From: the human T2T-CHM13v2.0 reference genome, Homo sapiens | Assembly (NCBI RefSeq): GCF_009914755.1 | Contig: NC_060925.1 | Reading direction: 5' to 3' (one strand) | DNA: 64,000 bases | Shown: piece after piece, positions 1 to 18,559 of the stretch | How the letters are laid out: each line of letters begins with the position of its first letter | How positions within the stretch are numbered: position 1 is the first letter of the stretch | Made by a program: the position numbers and the translations under genes | Notes under the pieces: generated by a model | Seen by the model: only the letters and a program-made list of their open reading frames with translations | Told to the model about the DNA's origin: nothing | The model's database searches: none

Positions 1-5720
<5,720 letters not shown>

Positions 5721-8158
5721 AACACGAGCAAGGCTCTTGGCTATGAACTACCTGCACGGCATTTTTAATACATTGATCTTTGCAATGTAAAATCTTCCCT
5801 CTCGCATCATCATCCAGAAGGCTTGAGAGAGGCACACACAGACATACACCTTAAAGGGCGCTTCTGCAAAGCTGCGCGGTGAGGGGAGATGAAAATTCCC
5901 CCAGTGGTTTTGTGGATGTATTATAGCTTGTCCGAATCTTGCTTCCACCCCGCCCCGTCCCCCACTAGTTGGATTTGTACATAGGATAAACGGGAGCTGG
6001 GAATGCACATGTGCATATTTTTACTTAGCACTAACTTTGCAAAATATTTAAAGAAAATATTTGTTATACTGGTTTAGATGGATGGATAGATATGCACAAC
6101 AGAGTAAGGTGCACAGTTAAGCAGGAGATCGAAACTTTTACTCGCAACTTCTCTCTGCTTCATTTCATTTCTATCACAAATTTTATCTGTAGTAACCAAT
6201 AAAAAGATGATTTGGGGAATATTATAGCTGATAGAAAAAAAGTAGGGTTAGCTCAAATAAATCTTGAAACTTTAATTTTAGACAATCTAGTAAATAGGAC
6301 AAAGCTGGAAAGAAATTGTGAGAAAAACCAAAGTTCCTAAGCATTCTTAACAGATGGAAAAGTAATAAAAGAATATCCTTGGGTATGAGCTAAGTCAATC
6401 CCAATCCAGTCAAGAGTACAACAGGGAAGATGTTCAGCACCCTGCGTAAGTATTCTGAAGAATAACACCACCACCACCACCACCAAAACCCATGTAAGAT
6501 CTGTTCCCAGTAGTGCTCAACAATGTTGCCTTTTAAAAATGATGACAATATGCAATAAACAGTGGTAGAAAAGTGACATTGTGTATTCTGAAATCTGACA
6601 TTTAACTGAACTTTCTCTCACATGATAACCAATAACTTATTTCAAAAGTGTGTCCCTCCATTGTTATTGGGTCAATGCTAACTTCAATACTAGGTGCTGT
6701 GAAGACTGTGTTATTTGTAGTTCTCACTCTAGAAATTTAATGCACTACTGTTCTAAAAGAGGACCCCTACTTAAGAAACAATTACATTTTCATTCTACCT
6801 GGTGTCAGTTTATTGGCATATGTGAAAATATGTTCTTTAAAAGACAAAAAAGCTTTTGCCATATATTTTACAAAGTTTATCTAATTGAATAGAGAAAATA
6901 AGCCATATTTAAGGTAATGTTTAAGTAGTGAAAGATCATTTACCACATATGCAAAGAAAAGAAGAACAAAGACACTTTATTAGTTGAGTTTTTATATGTA
7001 ACTTATCTGGGAATTAACCCCAAGTTATCTTACCATGCAGCATTGCAAACTACTGTAAACTACTGTAAAAAAGATGTACCAGCTAACGACTTTTGAAAAC
7101 TCATCCTCATCGTCATTGCTCCCCTAAGAGATACTGAGTGAGACAAAAACCCCATGATATCTCTTTCATTCTGTTATCCCTAGCATAAACAAAAATCTAG
7201 TATTAAACTTACTTATGCAAGGTTATTTGCCATTGAATAATTATAGTGGATGTCAGGAACACACCCTTGATACTAGAATGTGAGAAATGGCATGTAAGTA
7301 CCTGATCATGTATTCATCCAATCTCTCACTTAACAGATAAGGAAATTGAGACCCATTAAAGAGTGATCTATCTTCTATGGAGCTAAGACCATGAACAAGA
7401 TTTCTTTGCCCACTGCTCTTTCCACTATATGGTTATGGTACACTAGGGTGCACCCATGGATAATCACTGGGCTTTATGGACCACAGTAATTAATTCAGCA
7501 AATGTTTGTGTACCTACTGTATCATAAGCATTAGGCTAAGCACAGCCAGAAAAATACTACTCCTGCTTTTGAGTAGCATATAATCTACTGTCACTTTGAA
7601 ATCTTTCTTTCTAATTTTCTGAAGATTCTTGAGTCATGTTAGAAAGCCCAAGTAAACCATTTAGGGTTGATTTTCCAATAAGTCAATATCTAGTCTTCTT
7701 AAAATGTATATTGAGTTGGGCATAGTTGGTAGTTGGTATCTCAAGTCTTTCTAGACCTCTCTAAACAAAACCAAACAAAAGAAACAGTAGAATTTTTTAA
7801 AAGAGAATATATTATTCCAGAGTACTTGATTCCTGTAAAAATGGAAATAATGTCACATGGCCCTTTCTTAGGGAATTAAATACCTAGAGATGTGGGTAAA
7901 GGTTGAAGTACATGGAAACCAGGCCATCTCTAATGCATGATGTTTTACATTTAGAGGAGATGGGGGAAAATGTTATGCATCTCAATCATCACCTTTGTGT
8001 AGAGGCATAATGATATAGTGAAATAATAGAACTGGATTCAAGACTTAACTTCATAATATTCTTATTTGGAGATAAGCTTGGACCATTCTTGTCTTTAGTT
8101 CCCCATCAACAAAAGGGGCCAATCATCTCCGCTCACCCCTGCTGGTCACAGAAAATGT

Positions 8159-8349
8159 TTCTGACTTTCATCACCAAAGAGTAATGTTACTTGCTCTTGA
8201 ATTTTATAAATATAGAATCTTAGAGTATATGCTTTTTTGTGTCTTAATATTTTCACTCATCATTATGTCTGTGAGATTTATCCATGTAGTTCAATATTGT
8301 ATTGCTGTGTACTAGTCCATTACATGACTACATGGCATTTATTCATTCT
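8159..8349 (-). mobile_element. Ancient L1 (L1ME-like) 3' fragment; left arm of inverted repeat
   Basis: Reverse complement of 9344-9534; L1ME-type 3' motifs (acatggataaatctc, tgagtgaaa, agacacaaaa). Confidence 0.7.
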
Positions 8350-9209
8350 CAGAAAATTTCTATTCTTTAAAACACTGTAAAACAGCAAGCGCTGTTATCT
8401 CCAATCTTCACTTTTCTCCTGAGATACACCTTCCTGTATTTAAGCACCAATGGCCTCTTTCCTTGACTATTAAAATAGATTTTGATTCCTTTTCCTCCTA
8501 GCAACGCATTCTGTACACAACTACCAGGTTGATCTTCATGAAATCTAACTTTCATTATGTCATTCTAGTTTTTCTTTTTCTACATGATAAAGCTGAAAAC
8601 CCATGGTTTAGAAATTTTAAAACTCTTCTAATCTCACACTGTTTTTTAGATAGTTTGCTCACTGCACTATATCTCTATCCTCCCACCACACATGTGCACA
8701 CAGACACACACATCTCTCAATCAAATTAAAATCTATTTCCTATTTTCACTCCTCCCATAACATTCTGTCCACCTGAAGTGCAACACTCTTTATTCTTCAG
8801 ATTGTCCCATCTCTCCAAGCTAATCTGCAGCTGCACCTATGCAGTGAGAACTTCCATCACTTCCCTTCTTTTAGCTCCATTCCCTGGGCATTTATTTACA
8901 TCTCCCCCAACATCTACACATATACATACACATACACTCAGGAAAGCAAGAGCTATTTCCTAATACAAAGTCTTAAATTCAATATTCTTATTTGCAAAAC
9001 AGGAATAATACATAGTTTTGGGGGTGGTTGTGAGGAGGAAATGAGATTATGTATGTAAACAATGTGACACATTTTAGGCATTTAGTTGGCACTCAGTAGC
9101 GATAGCCTTTGCCACTATCACCTTATTCAATTATTTTGGCAAGATAATAGGCTTCAGAGTCATCTTCATGAGATTTTCTCCAGTGTAGTAGTCAAAGCAA
9201 ATTAAGTAA

Positions 9210-9700
9210 TGTATAGTCCTTGGTGTTTTCCCAGAGGAAATGATTGCATACATCCACCAAAAGACAAGCACAAAAACATTTATAACAAGTTTACTTATAA
9301 TAGCCAAAAAACCCCAGAAACATCCCAAATATCTATCAAGAACAGAATGAATAAATGCCATGTAGTCATGTAATAGAGTGGTGCACCGCAATAAAACATA
9401 CAACTACATGGATAAATCTCAGAGACAAAATGATGAGTGAAAGGATCAAGACACAAAAGAGTGTATACTCTAAGATCCTATATTTACAAAGTTCAAGAGC
9501 AAGTAACATTAATCTTTGGTGATGGAAGTCAGAATATAATTATCTCTGGGGAGTGGAGGGTTTTGACTGAGAACGTTCACGAACATGCTTCCTGCAGTGC
9601 TGGAAATAAAGTGAGTAATGGTTACATTGATGCATATATAGGCAAGAATTAAACTATACACTTGTGGCAATTCTTAATGTATATTCTGCCTCTTTAAAAT
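9210..9700 (+). mobile_element. Ancient L1 (L1ME-like) 3' fragment; contains right arm of inverted repeat
   Basis: Motifs ttataatagccaaaaa...cccaaatatctatca, catggataaatctc, gacacaaaagagt, ggtgatggaagtcagaat typical of L1MB-ME 3' ends. Confidence 0.75.
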
Positions 9701-11064
9701 TTTTTACACGGCTTCAGACTTTATAGGAGAAGAAAGTACAAGCAAGTTTTCTTTTTCAAGTTGTCTTCTTATCTGCCATCACCTCTTTCCTCTCTCTTTT
9801 ACAGATTTTGGAAATTTTAACTTTCTTTCCATTGAAATTAGCAATCCTTTGTTCAACCTCTCCCTCTATTTACCCACTCCCTTATGCTATTTTAACATTT
9901 CAGTATGTTGTCACTTGGGACAAGTTCAGTGGGTCTCTGCCTCTAGAAATCACAAAAGTAAATAACTCAGCAGTTGGGTAGCAATAGATTTAGGCTCTCA
10001 GTGGTTCTCTTGGTTATTTTATTCTAGAAAGAGAGCTCAGGACCCTGTGGGACCACCATTCTCTGACATGTTTTGTAGCTTAGGCAAACAGATACTTGCA
10101 GTATGCAGAAGGAAGTTCAACGTTGTATAAGATACAGAGAAGAAAATATAGGTGAAAGTGATAGATGTGTGAGTCTGAGGGGATGAATGAAGAAAATTTC
10201 TAATTTTTCTTTATTCATTCAGAACTTACGGCTACTTGATGCAGTTTAGCTAATCTCCATGTGTACTTCTTACACATTCATTAAATCTCTACATACTTTT
10301 TTTTTCTAGTTCTTTACAAAATAATCTCCGATGTTGCTCTCCATTTAAGGAAACTAAATTGAAAGACTCCTCTCGCTTTCTGACTATATATTTATCTTCT
10401 TCATACTTCCCCCACCACATGACTTAGCATGGATCTCCCAAGTTCCTTCCCCAGCTCCAGCCCCCAGCTCTTCCCTTGAATTGGATTTTTCTTCAACTAT
10501 TACTCTTTTTCCTATGCTCCTGCCAAAATCTAGTTTAGTATGCTAGTTAGCGGGACATGTTTCAGTTTTGTACCCTCATTAGGATATCAAAAATATATAC
10601 TTCACACTTCAATGTAAAGTTAATATTTTCTTCCCTTCTCCTTTCCTCCCTTTTCCCTCCACCTCCCTCCCTTTTTTCCTCCCTCCCTCTCTTTCAATTC
10701 ACAGGCCCAGCAACAGCACCTGCTTCACAGAAACAAGGCTGGTCCTGTTCTGATTTCTCTAGTCTTCCTTTAAAAACTAAACGGAGATGCACAGTCCCTC
10801 TTCCTGACACACACAGAAGTGAAAGGAGACACACAGAGGGAAAACACCACAGGCAAAACAATTCCCTTTTTTGGAGGGACATTTTTGAAACTTAATCTCT
10901 CCCCAGAAACCTGAAGTTCTCCTCTTTGCCTTTGTCCTTACAGTCCTGGTGTGGGGGCAGAATGTTTCCTGATTTAGCTGTCCTGGCCTCTAAATCTGTT
11001 TCACTCTCTAGCCATCTTACTGGGTTCTTGCTCTCTTTTGCCTCTCTCTCCTCTTGGGTCTCTG

Positions 11065-11066
<2 letters not shown>

Positions 11067-11104
<38 letters not shown>
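11067..11104. repeat. (GT)19 microsatellite
   Basis: Perfect 38-bp GT run. Confidence 0.98.
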
Positions 11105-11107
<3 letters not shown>

Positions 11108-11479
11108 ATTTCTCACTTGGGGGCTCATTTCTAATTAAGTAATCCAAGAGGCTAAAAAATGCACAAAACAACCAAATGAAACCTCAAATTAGATGGAAAA
11201 TGGCTCAGATGGGTCCCAATCTCTGGGAGTTCTAGTTAAGCAAGCAAACAAAATGGGCTGGGATAAATGATTATTGTAACTCAGGAAGATTAGAAGAAAA
11301 TGTAATTAGCTCCCCAGCTACTTCTTGTTCCCCAGCCTTTTTAAGAGTGTCCAACGCCCCACCCGTGAATGTACCCAAGGCTTCCTTATACACACCAAAA
11401 AGTCCCCACTGCAACGCTGGGAGGGTTAACAGAGCTGGTACCCCAGCCTGCCAGCTCACCAAAGGAGAGAGCGGTGAGG

Positions 11480-11580
11480 CTCAGAGCCCGCCCCCTGCCA
11501 AGCCGCCCAGCCAATGGGCACCTGTGGGGAGTGTGGCGCTGTGTCCCATTGGCTGCCAACCTACATGCATAAGAAAGAAA
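11480..11580 (+). promoter_or_regulatory. BRINP2: Proximal promoter: GC boxes plus two oppositely oriented CCAAT (NF-Y) boxes
   Basis: CCCGCCCC 11487-11494, CCGCCC 11503-11508, AGCCAATGGG 11509-11518, CCCATTGGCT 11545-11554, immediately 5' of the CpG island. Confidence 0.7.
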
Positions 11581-11629
11581 GAGAGAGGCAGGCAGGGCAG
11601 CATTGTTATCTTAAGACACTCATCTGGTG

Positions 11630-12407
11630 TCTGAGTCTGCAGGTGACACTGCTTAGGTACGGAGCGCGGAGTCGGAGCGGGGACGCGCCGGGCTGCAGCT
11701 CTGGGATGCAATCCGCCTGCCTCGCAAGCTGCTCGCCGCTGCGCTGGCAGCGCTTACGCTGAGCTCGGAGGATCCCATTAGGACTTGCCCGGGGATGTGC
11801 ACCTGCCGTGCGCTCCGAGGTCAGTGGCAGGTCTGCAGGCAGCCGAGGGAGCGGTGAAGCCGGAAGACCTGTCTCTGCCCATGTGCAAGGCAGTGATTTC
11901 GGGTGAGAGAGCGGGTGGGTGAGTCTCTTTAGAGTTGGAAAGAAGGCAAAATCTTGGGTTTCTCCTCGGCGGAGGGACAGGGGACTCCCCCAGTTGGGTC
12001 TTGCACTTCCCTTACCTCTCCCACCCCGCGTGCGCCCCGGCCCAGTGCCGAAGCCCCACTTCAAAGATGCTCTGGGAGACCGGGATCCTGGCTGCTCAGC
12101 GGGAAGGCAGCAGGCAAGTGGTCTAACGTTGGCGGCGGTGGCGGTGGCGGCGGCGGCGGCACCGACAGTAAAGCGGGGAGCAAGAGAATTTGAAAAGAGA
12201 CATCCGCTCCCTCTCACACGCTGAGGGGGAGGCATTCGCGTTTCCCCAAATGAGAAAGAACCACAAGAAATCATGAAGTAAAAACTTTGGAAAGCTGCCA
12301 CTGGAGATGTTGCACAAAAACCTGGAATCTTTTAGGAGTCTCCTCCCAGTCGTTGAAGGTTTGGGGAGCAGCTGATACAGCAAGGAGGGCTCTTGCAAGG
12401 ATTCAAG
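11630..12407 (+). other. BRINP2: Probable non-coding exon 1 (5' UTR) of BRINP2/FAM5B within a CpG island; start approximate
   Basis: CpG island ~11480-12240; donor AAG|GTAACA at 12408; recalled head-to-head arrangement of BRINP2 with ASTN1. No BRINP2 coding sequence visible, so identity is positional. Confidence 0.75.
12131..12160 (+). repeat. Interrupted GGC trinucleotide repeat (GGC)2 GGT GGC GGT (GGC)5
   Basis: ggcggcggtggcggtggcggcggcggcggc. Confidence 0.95.
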
Positions 12408-15400
12408 GTAACAGTGCAGGGTTTCGGTGATTTTTCTCCCCTTTTCATTGTCCTTTTTGGTGTGTCCGTTGGTAAAGGGACCATTTTGCTCTCATACAAC
12501 CCTCTTGCCCTGGTGCCTGGCAGTGGCAGGCAGAGGGAATGATGCCACCTCTCCTAGTTTCTGTCTTGTGGAGTTGAGCAATGGACTTTGGGGTTGAGCT
12601 AGAGATTGCTCTGGTATTGCCTCCTGGTGTTGCATGGCTGTCAGAGGGTTTGGGCTCCCTGCCTGACCTATATTGCTTTTGCCTGGTTTAAGTCCTCAAA
12701 GTTAGTGCAACTCCTATTAGCTTCAGAAAATTCAATAGGGCTGCATAATTGCAGAAGATGACGAGGACTTTTGCCTGCCCAGCTGACGCTGGGAGGTTCA
12801 TTATGTTTGGGAAGGAGCCCAAAGAGCTGAGGTTACAATGCACGATATCTATATTATCGTGCTCATAGAGCCCTATGGCATGTTTCCCATGCACATGCAG
12901 TCAGGAAAATAAAATTCCAAACAGTGAACCCTGTAGGTTGCAAATAGTCTCCCCAGGGTGGTGGCAGAAGCCCCATTGATTGACTTGAGCCTGGCAGAGC
13001 ACTGGAGACACTAGGGAAGAACATTGCTGTGCTGAAAGGTGGGATGTGCTGGTATCATCTAGCAGATCTCTGTCTCTGTTTTTGTGATCATCTGGGTACA
13101 CTGTCGAATGCTGCCTGTGGTGTGTGTATGTATGTGTGCTTGTGCTCACAGCTGTATGCAGGAAACAGGCTGCCCACAGAAGAACCAAGCATGTCCAGCA
13201 CCCTGTCCAAATCACGGATGCCTGGAGTGTTCCTGCCTAGTAGGAACACGAACTTGTGAGCTGTTGTTCCAGCCCAGAGGACTCTTCTCCTCACCAAGCA
13301 GTCCCTCTGCATGGTACATATTTATCCAGGGTATATAGACCTAAGCCAAATGTTAACCAATGTTCAAGCTAATGCACTGTAATGTGATTGAACAGACCCC
13401 TCTGTAAAGAATTGTGTGTGTGCTCTTTGCAGCCCTAGGAGCAGGGTGCTATGAGCAGAAACAAATGTTTTGTTAAAAGGATAACAATTATAAAAGGTCA
13501 AGCTTATAGTTGGGTAATCTAGGCCTTATTCAGCAGGGACATTGTTATGTCAGCATAGACCAATCAGAGGGATAAAAGGTATATTATAAGTCAAGTATTT
13601 CTGCTTCTGTCCTTCTCCAGACATGTGCATGTTGAAGTGACTCTCTCTGACCATGCTCGCTAAAATACATGCAATGCCAGTATTAACCAAGCAACTAAAG
13701 TATACCAAATCCCCCGGGGGGCAGTCTGATGACATCAGGCAACAGCAAAGTGATGCTGGAGTTTGTGTGCTTTCCCTCCTGACTCACACAGTTGTGTGTA
13801 TGTTATTTGTTTAAGGCATGACCCTCTGGAGTCCCCCTTCACCCAGAATAAGTTGCTTTGCAGCACTGAGGGCATGACCGAGACATGCTGCCACAATGAT
13901 CCTGTCTTATCAATATCAGAGCTGCTGCCTACTCTAGGAAAAGATGCATGCCTTGCTTCTTTGAGGAGGATATAATTTGAAAAGGCACAGAGCATGTATA
14001 TTGTGAAATATTTGAGATAAAGGAAGCAAATGTCACACCATAGTCTCCCCTTCTGGAGGTCAGCTGGCGCCAAAGTGTTTGACAGCTGGGCTGCAGCCAT
14101 GGAGAAGACAGGAGCATTCTTGACTCTTACTTCCCCTCTTCACCAAAAATGGAGCTGGCTTTGTCTCCCAGAATGGAGTGATGTGTGCTGCAGTGTGGGC
14201 ACAAGAAAGGAGGTGAGGAGAAAAGGGCTGGGGAAGGAGGAAGGTTCCTGCTCTGTCAGCATGGGGCTGGTCTCAAAGATGGGGAGCATCTTCCCTTTTT
14301 GGCCCTCAAAATTATCTTCTACGTGCTCCTTTCTGGCCTCCTGACAGGTTGTTTACTGAACAAGGCCAAAGGGCAAAGAACAACCCTGTGTCATCACCTT
14401 CTCCTGATCCCCTTTCCCAAGACACAGGCTGGCCACTGGAGAGCATCACAGAAAAATGATACACTCCCTTGAGGCACTGCTCTGAAATCCCTCCCCAACT
14501 CACAAACAAGAGGTAATCTGGAGGGACTTGAGACATCTGCGTGGGCACTTTCTGCTGACTGGGATGCTTAGTTGAGGTTTCCTGGTTAGTGTTTTGTTTT
14601 CCCCACTGCGCAGTGTATTTTTGGTGATTCAACTCTTTCTCTTAAATAATAAGACCTTGTATACATTTTATAATGGCATCCTCTTCCAAAGGGCTGACAG
14701 CACTTTCCAGAGCTCATCTAATTAATCCTCACACGGCTTATTGTCTCATTTATCTTTGATTACCCTAAGAAGTAAAGCTAAAATGATTTTAGCCCCCTTC
14801 TTGGAAAAGGGAGGGCAGAGAACCTCAGAAAGAGGAACTGCTTTATGCAGGGTCACACAGCACTTAAGGGACACTGTGGAATTGGATCTGGGTCTCACTG
14901 CTCCTGAACCAACCCCAGACTCCATGGGCTTCTTCTAAGGAATGGTTTGATTTTAGTAATTATAATCTGATTTAGTTGTTCTGTACTTTGTAAGGATGGA
15001 GATGTTACAATGACACAAGGTTTCTCCTCCGGGACTAACTTAAAAGCAGTGAAGAATAAAAGTCTCATAGGCCTTTGCCCTTGCCTTCAGTGATCTTGCA
15101 GTCTAGTTAGGAAACTAGGCTCCCATCTGACAAAAGGGAAATGATGATGTAGGTTCTAAACAGCAATTCAATACCAGAGAATTCACAAGGCTGACCTAGT
15201 TCATCTGCGATTGATTCGTACAGATAATGAGAACTATCAGTATTCAAAGGAAGGAGAATTTGAGTTGAGCCATGAGGGATGCGGTGGGATTTGTTTGGAT
15301 AGAAAGAATGAGGGAAAGGGTTCTAGCTGACAGAAATAATAACTGCAGCACTGTTGGGAAGTTTGGAAACTTCGAGGCTTGCTTGATTCCTTGGGGTTTA

Positions 15401-16905
15401 CCCTGGGCTACCTTTCTTTTCTGCATTCTGGAAATACCATACACCTGGTTAAATTATTTTAAACATATATTGGTCTACAGGAAGTTGCCCTAGAACCTAG
15501 GCAGGGGGCTCTGTATTATGCTGGGCATCTCATTAGACATTGAAAATTATCTGGCCTTCCACCCATCCTCAAGTCTAATCTATATATTGTGGGAAAAGTA
15601 TTGCTCAACCTCAGAGAGCTTATCAACATGATATCAAAAAATCTGAATGAGGATATTGGGGGTAAGCAAGCAAATTTTAAGAGAACACACACACCACTTC
15701 TCATATTTTACAATCAGAATCTCCTAAGAGAGAGCCTTGATTTTCCTTCATTTCTTATTTCTCCACCCAAATGTTCCTCCTGGGGTTTTCTTAGAGCTGG
15801 CAAAATGCCAAAGCCCTTAGGCATTTAGCAGCGAGCAGGAGATTTTCAATCTTAAGATTCTTGAGCATGCCCATGTACATAACCTCTTGTCTCCCCTTCT
15901 CTCTCCCTTTTAATAAAACATACACTGTAGCAGCCACTAAGGAGGAGACCATGGAAAAGCGGGGTGGGGGGGGCAGGATGCGGTGTTGCCTGAAGCTGTA
16001 CCACAGGGCACTGTGCTTGCTCAGCTGGGCAGGAGAGGGGAGAGGCAGCCTGCCAGCCTGGGCAATGCCAAGGAAGGGCCCACCAGGAGAGAGCTGTGAC
16101 CAGCCAGCTACACACATTTGCTCCCACAGTGGGCATCTCTCCCAGAGGAAAGGTCAAGGCAAAGCGCAGGGCCTGTGAGAGGACTGGTAACACAACAACC
16201 CTAGTCACTGGTCTTCACGTGGTTTGGGATGTTTTTCATGCTGCAAGTCACCGGTGGCTTGGGTGGCCCCATTCCAACATAGAGGAAGTTCCCATTGAAC
16301 ATGAAAGTGGAATGGCTTACCTAAAGTCACTCCATAATTGCTTCCAGGTCAAAAGTAAAACCCCCAAGAACCCAGTCTGTTTGTTTGCTTAGCCCTAGGA
16401 GTTTATTCGGGGAACAGGTCTCAAAGGACATTACTTTCCCTTGAAAATCCTTCCCTGGACCTTGCTGTCACCCTTGTTTCCTGTCTTAAATGACTGTGCA
16501 GCTGGACTGTGAGCATGACTCCTTTTCTCTTTACTATTCAGAAGCATCCACTGCTATGTTTGGGGGCTGAGGTAGAGATCTGGGCCCAAGGGCATGTGGT
16601 TAAGGGTTGTGAATTAAAGTCTCTTCTATCTAGAAAGGAAGAGACAGACAGCCGAGTTATGCTTCAAACTGGGGACTATGGTGAACCAATCTCGTCTGAC
16701 CAATTAGGATGCAGGTCAGCCCCTCTTTAAATTGTCACTCTGCCATAGACAGAGAAGTAAAGTTGAGTAGCATCAACACAGCATGGAATCATCAACAGCC
16801 AGTCCCATTATTCCTCTTACTGAGGCTCACATGAAATGCAAACTTTTCTGGAATTCTGGATTGGGCAAAGGGAGAAGACAATTTGATACCTCACAGGACT
16901 AAGCT

Positions 16906-17186
16906 CTAGGCAGTTGCCAATATGATAGCATATTGGCATCATGTGGGTCTTGAGCACTTGAAATGTATGCTGTAAATGTAAAATATGCATTGGGTTTTGA
17001 AGACTTGGTTTGAAAAGAAAAGCAATGTAAAATATCTCATCAATATTTTTAATCTTCATTACATGTTAAAAAGATAATATTCTGAATACATTGAGTTAAA
17101 TCAAATATATTAAGATTAGTTTCACCCATTTCTTTTTTATTTTTTAATGTGGCTACTAGAAAAGTTAAAATTATGTAAGTGGCTGG

Positions 17187-17226
<40 letters not shown>

Positions 17227-17240
17227 TTTGGATAGTGTTA
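16906..17240. mobile_element. hAT-Charlie MITE (MER33/MER3-like) with internal (ATT)13
   Basis: Motifs catgtgg..ttgagcacttgaaatg, tttgaagacttggt, aatgtggctactagaaaa; ATT repeat at 17188-17226. Confidence 0.75.
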
Positions 17241-17783
17241 ACAAAGGCCCTGCAAAGTAGTGACAGGTTAATGGGGAAAAGGTGCAGAGGCATGAAATAG
17301 GAGGAGTTGGTGACATAAAAAGAGAAAGAACATGGAGGGAGGGGTCAGGAGCAGCCCAGAGTGAGCCTTAAGGCATGTATTTCTAAAATTTCAATTCAAG
17401 AAGGGCACAAATAGCATACACCAACCTATATTTATTTGAAGAGGGACCTTGTTAACTGTAATTAAGCCCACCCAAAGCCTTTGGGAAGCATTGCAGCTCT
17501 CAGCTCACATACAAAGAGTGAGCCGGTGGGTGGCTTGGTAATTTTATCCTAATATTTTCGAGTTTTTGAATGACAGTAGAAATAACCGAGTAACTAATCT
17601 TTAGGGTCTTACTCCAAAGGGTGAGGACACAATAGTGGGATCAGCTGGGTATGTTTGTCTTTCAAATTTCCTCCTTTCTTTTTATCTCTACCACATTATG
17701 ATCATTCCTTGTGAGAGCTTTCTGTTTTCTTATCAATATGTTGATAGTGTGGTGGGGAGAAAGAAAGGCATGGCCATGTATTA

Positions 17784-18056
<273 letters not shown>

Positions 18057-18559
18057 TTACAGATTGGAATATTATAACTCATTCATTGTCATTATTGTCA
18101 TTCACTGCAATAAGTTTGGCCACAACTTGAACTCATATTTGCTTATCATTCTATAGTTCACAAAAGGTTTTCACAAGCTTTCTCTCACTTGATTCTCACA
18201 ACCCTGTGGGATGGTTATTAACTCCATTCAAGGTTTTTCATAACCTGCCCCAAATTACCTTTATTACTGTATTTTCTAATCCTTCTCTTTCTATTTACTT
18301 CATTCAATCTTGCTTAATCAAACTACTCTACTTACTGTTCGTACATGTTAACCACGTAAAAGGGGGATTATTACCTCTTGTATTTTCAGTTTTATCATCT
18401 ATAGAAGTAAAAAATAGTAATGCTAGATCTCTCAAAGGGTTATGCTAAATGTTAAATAAGATAAAATAAGTAAGGTGCCAAACATAGTTTCAGGCACATT
18501 GTAGATGCTCAACAAATGTTAACACTCTTTCTTACTAAAGGTCTTCACTTTGACATCAC

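Noticed and set aside
6433-6441. TTCAGCACC REST/RE1 left half-site
   Set aside because: No GGACAG right half at canonical or nearby spacing
11606-12301. 231-aa minus-strand ORF across the BRINP2 island
   Set aside because: Non-ATG start, CpG-island composition, no family resemblance
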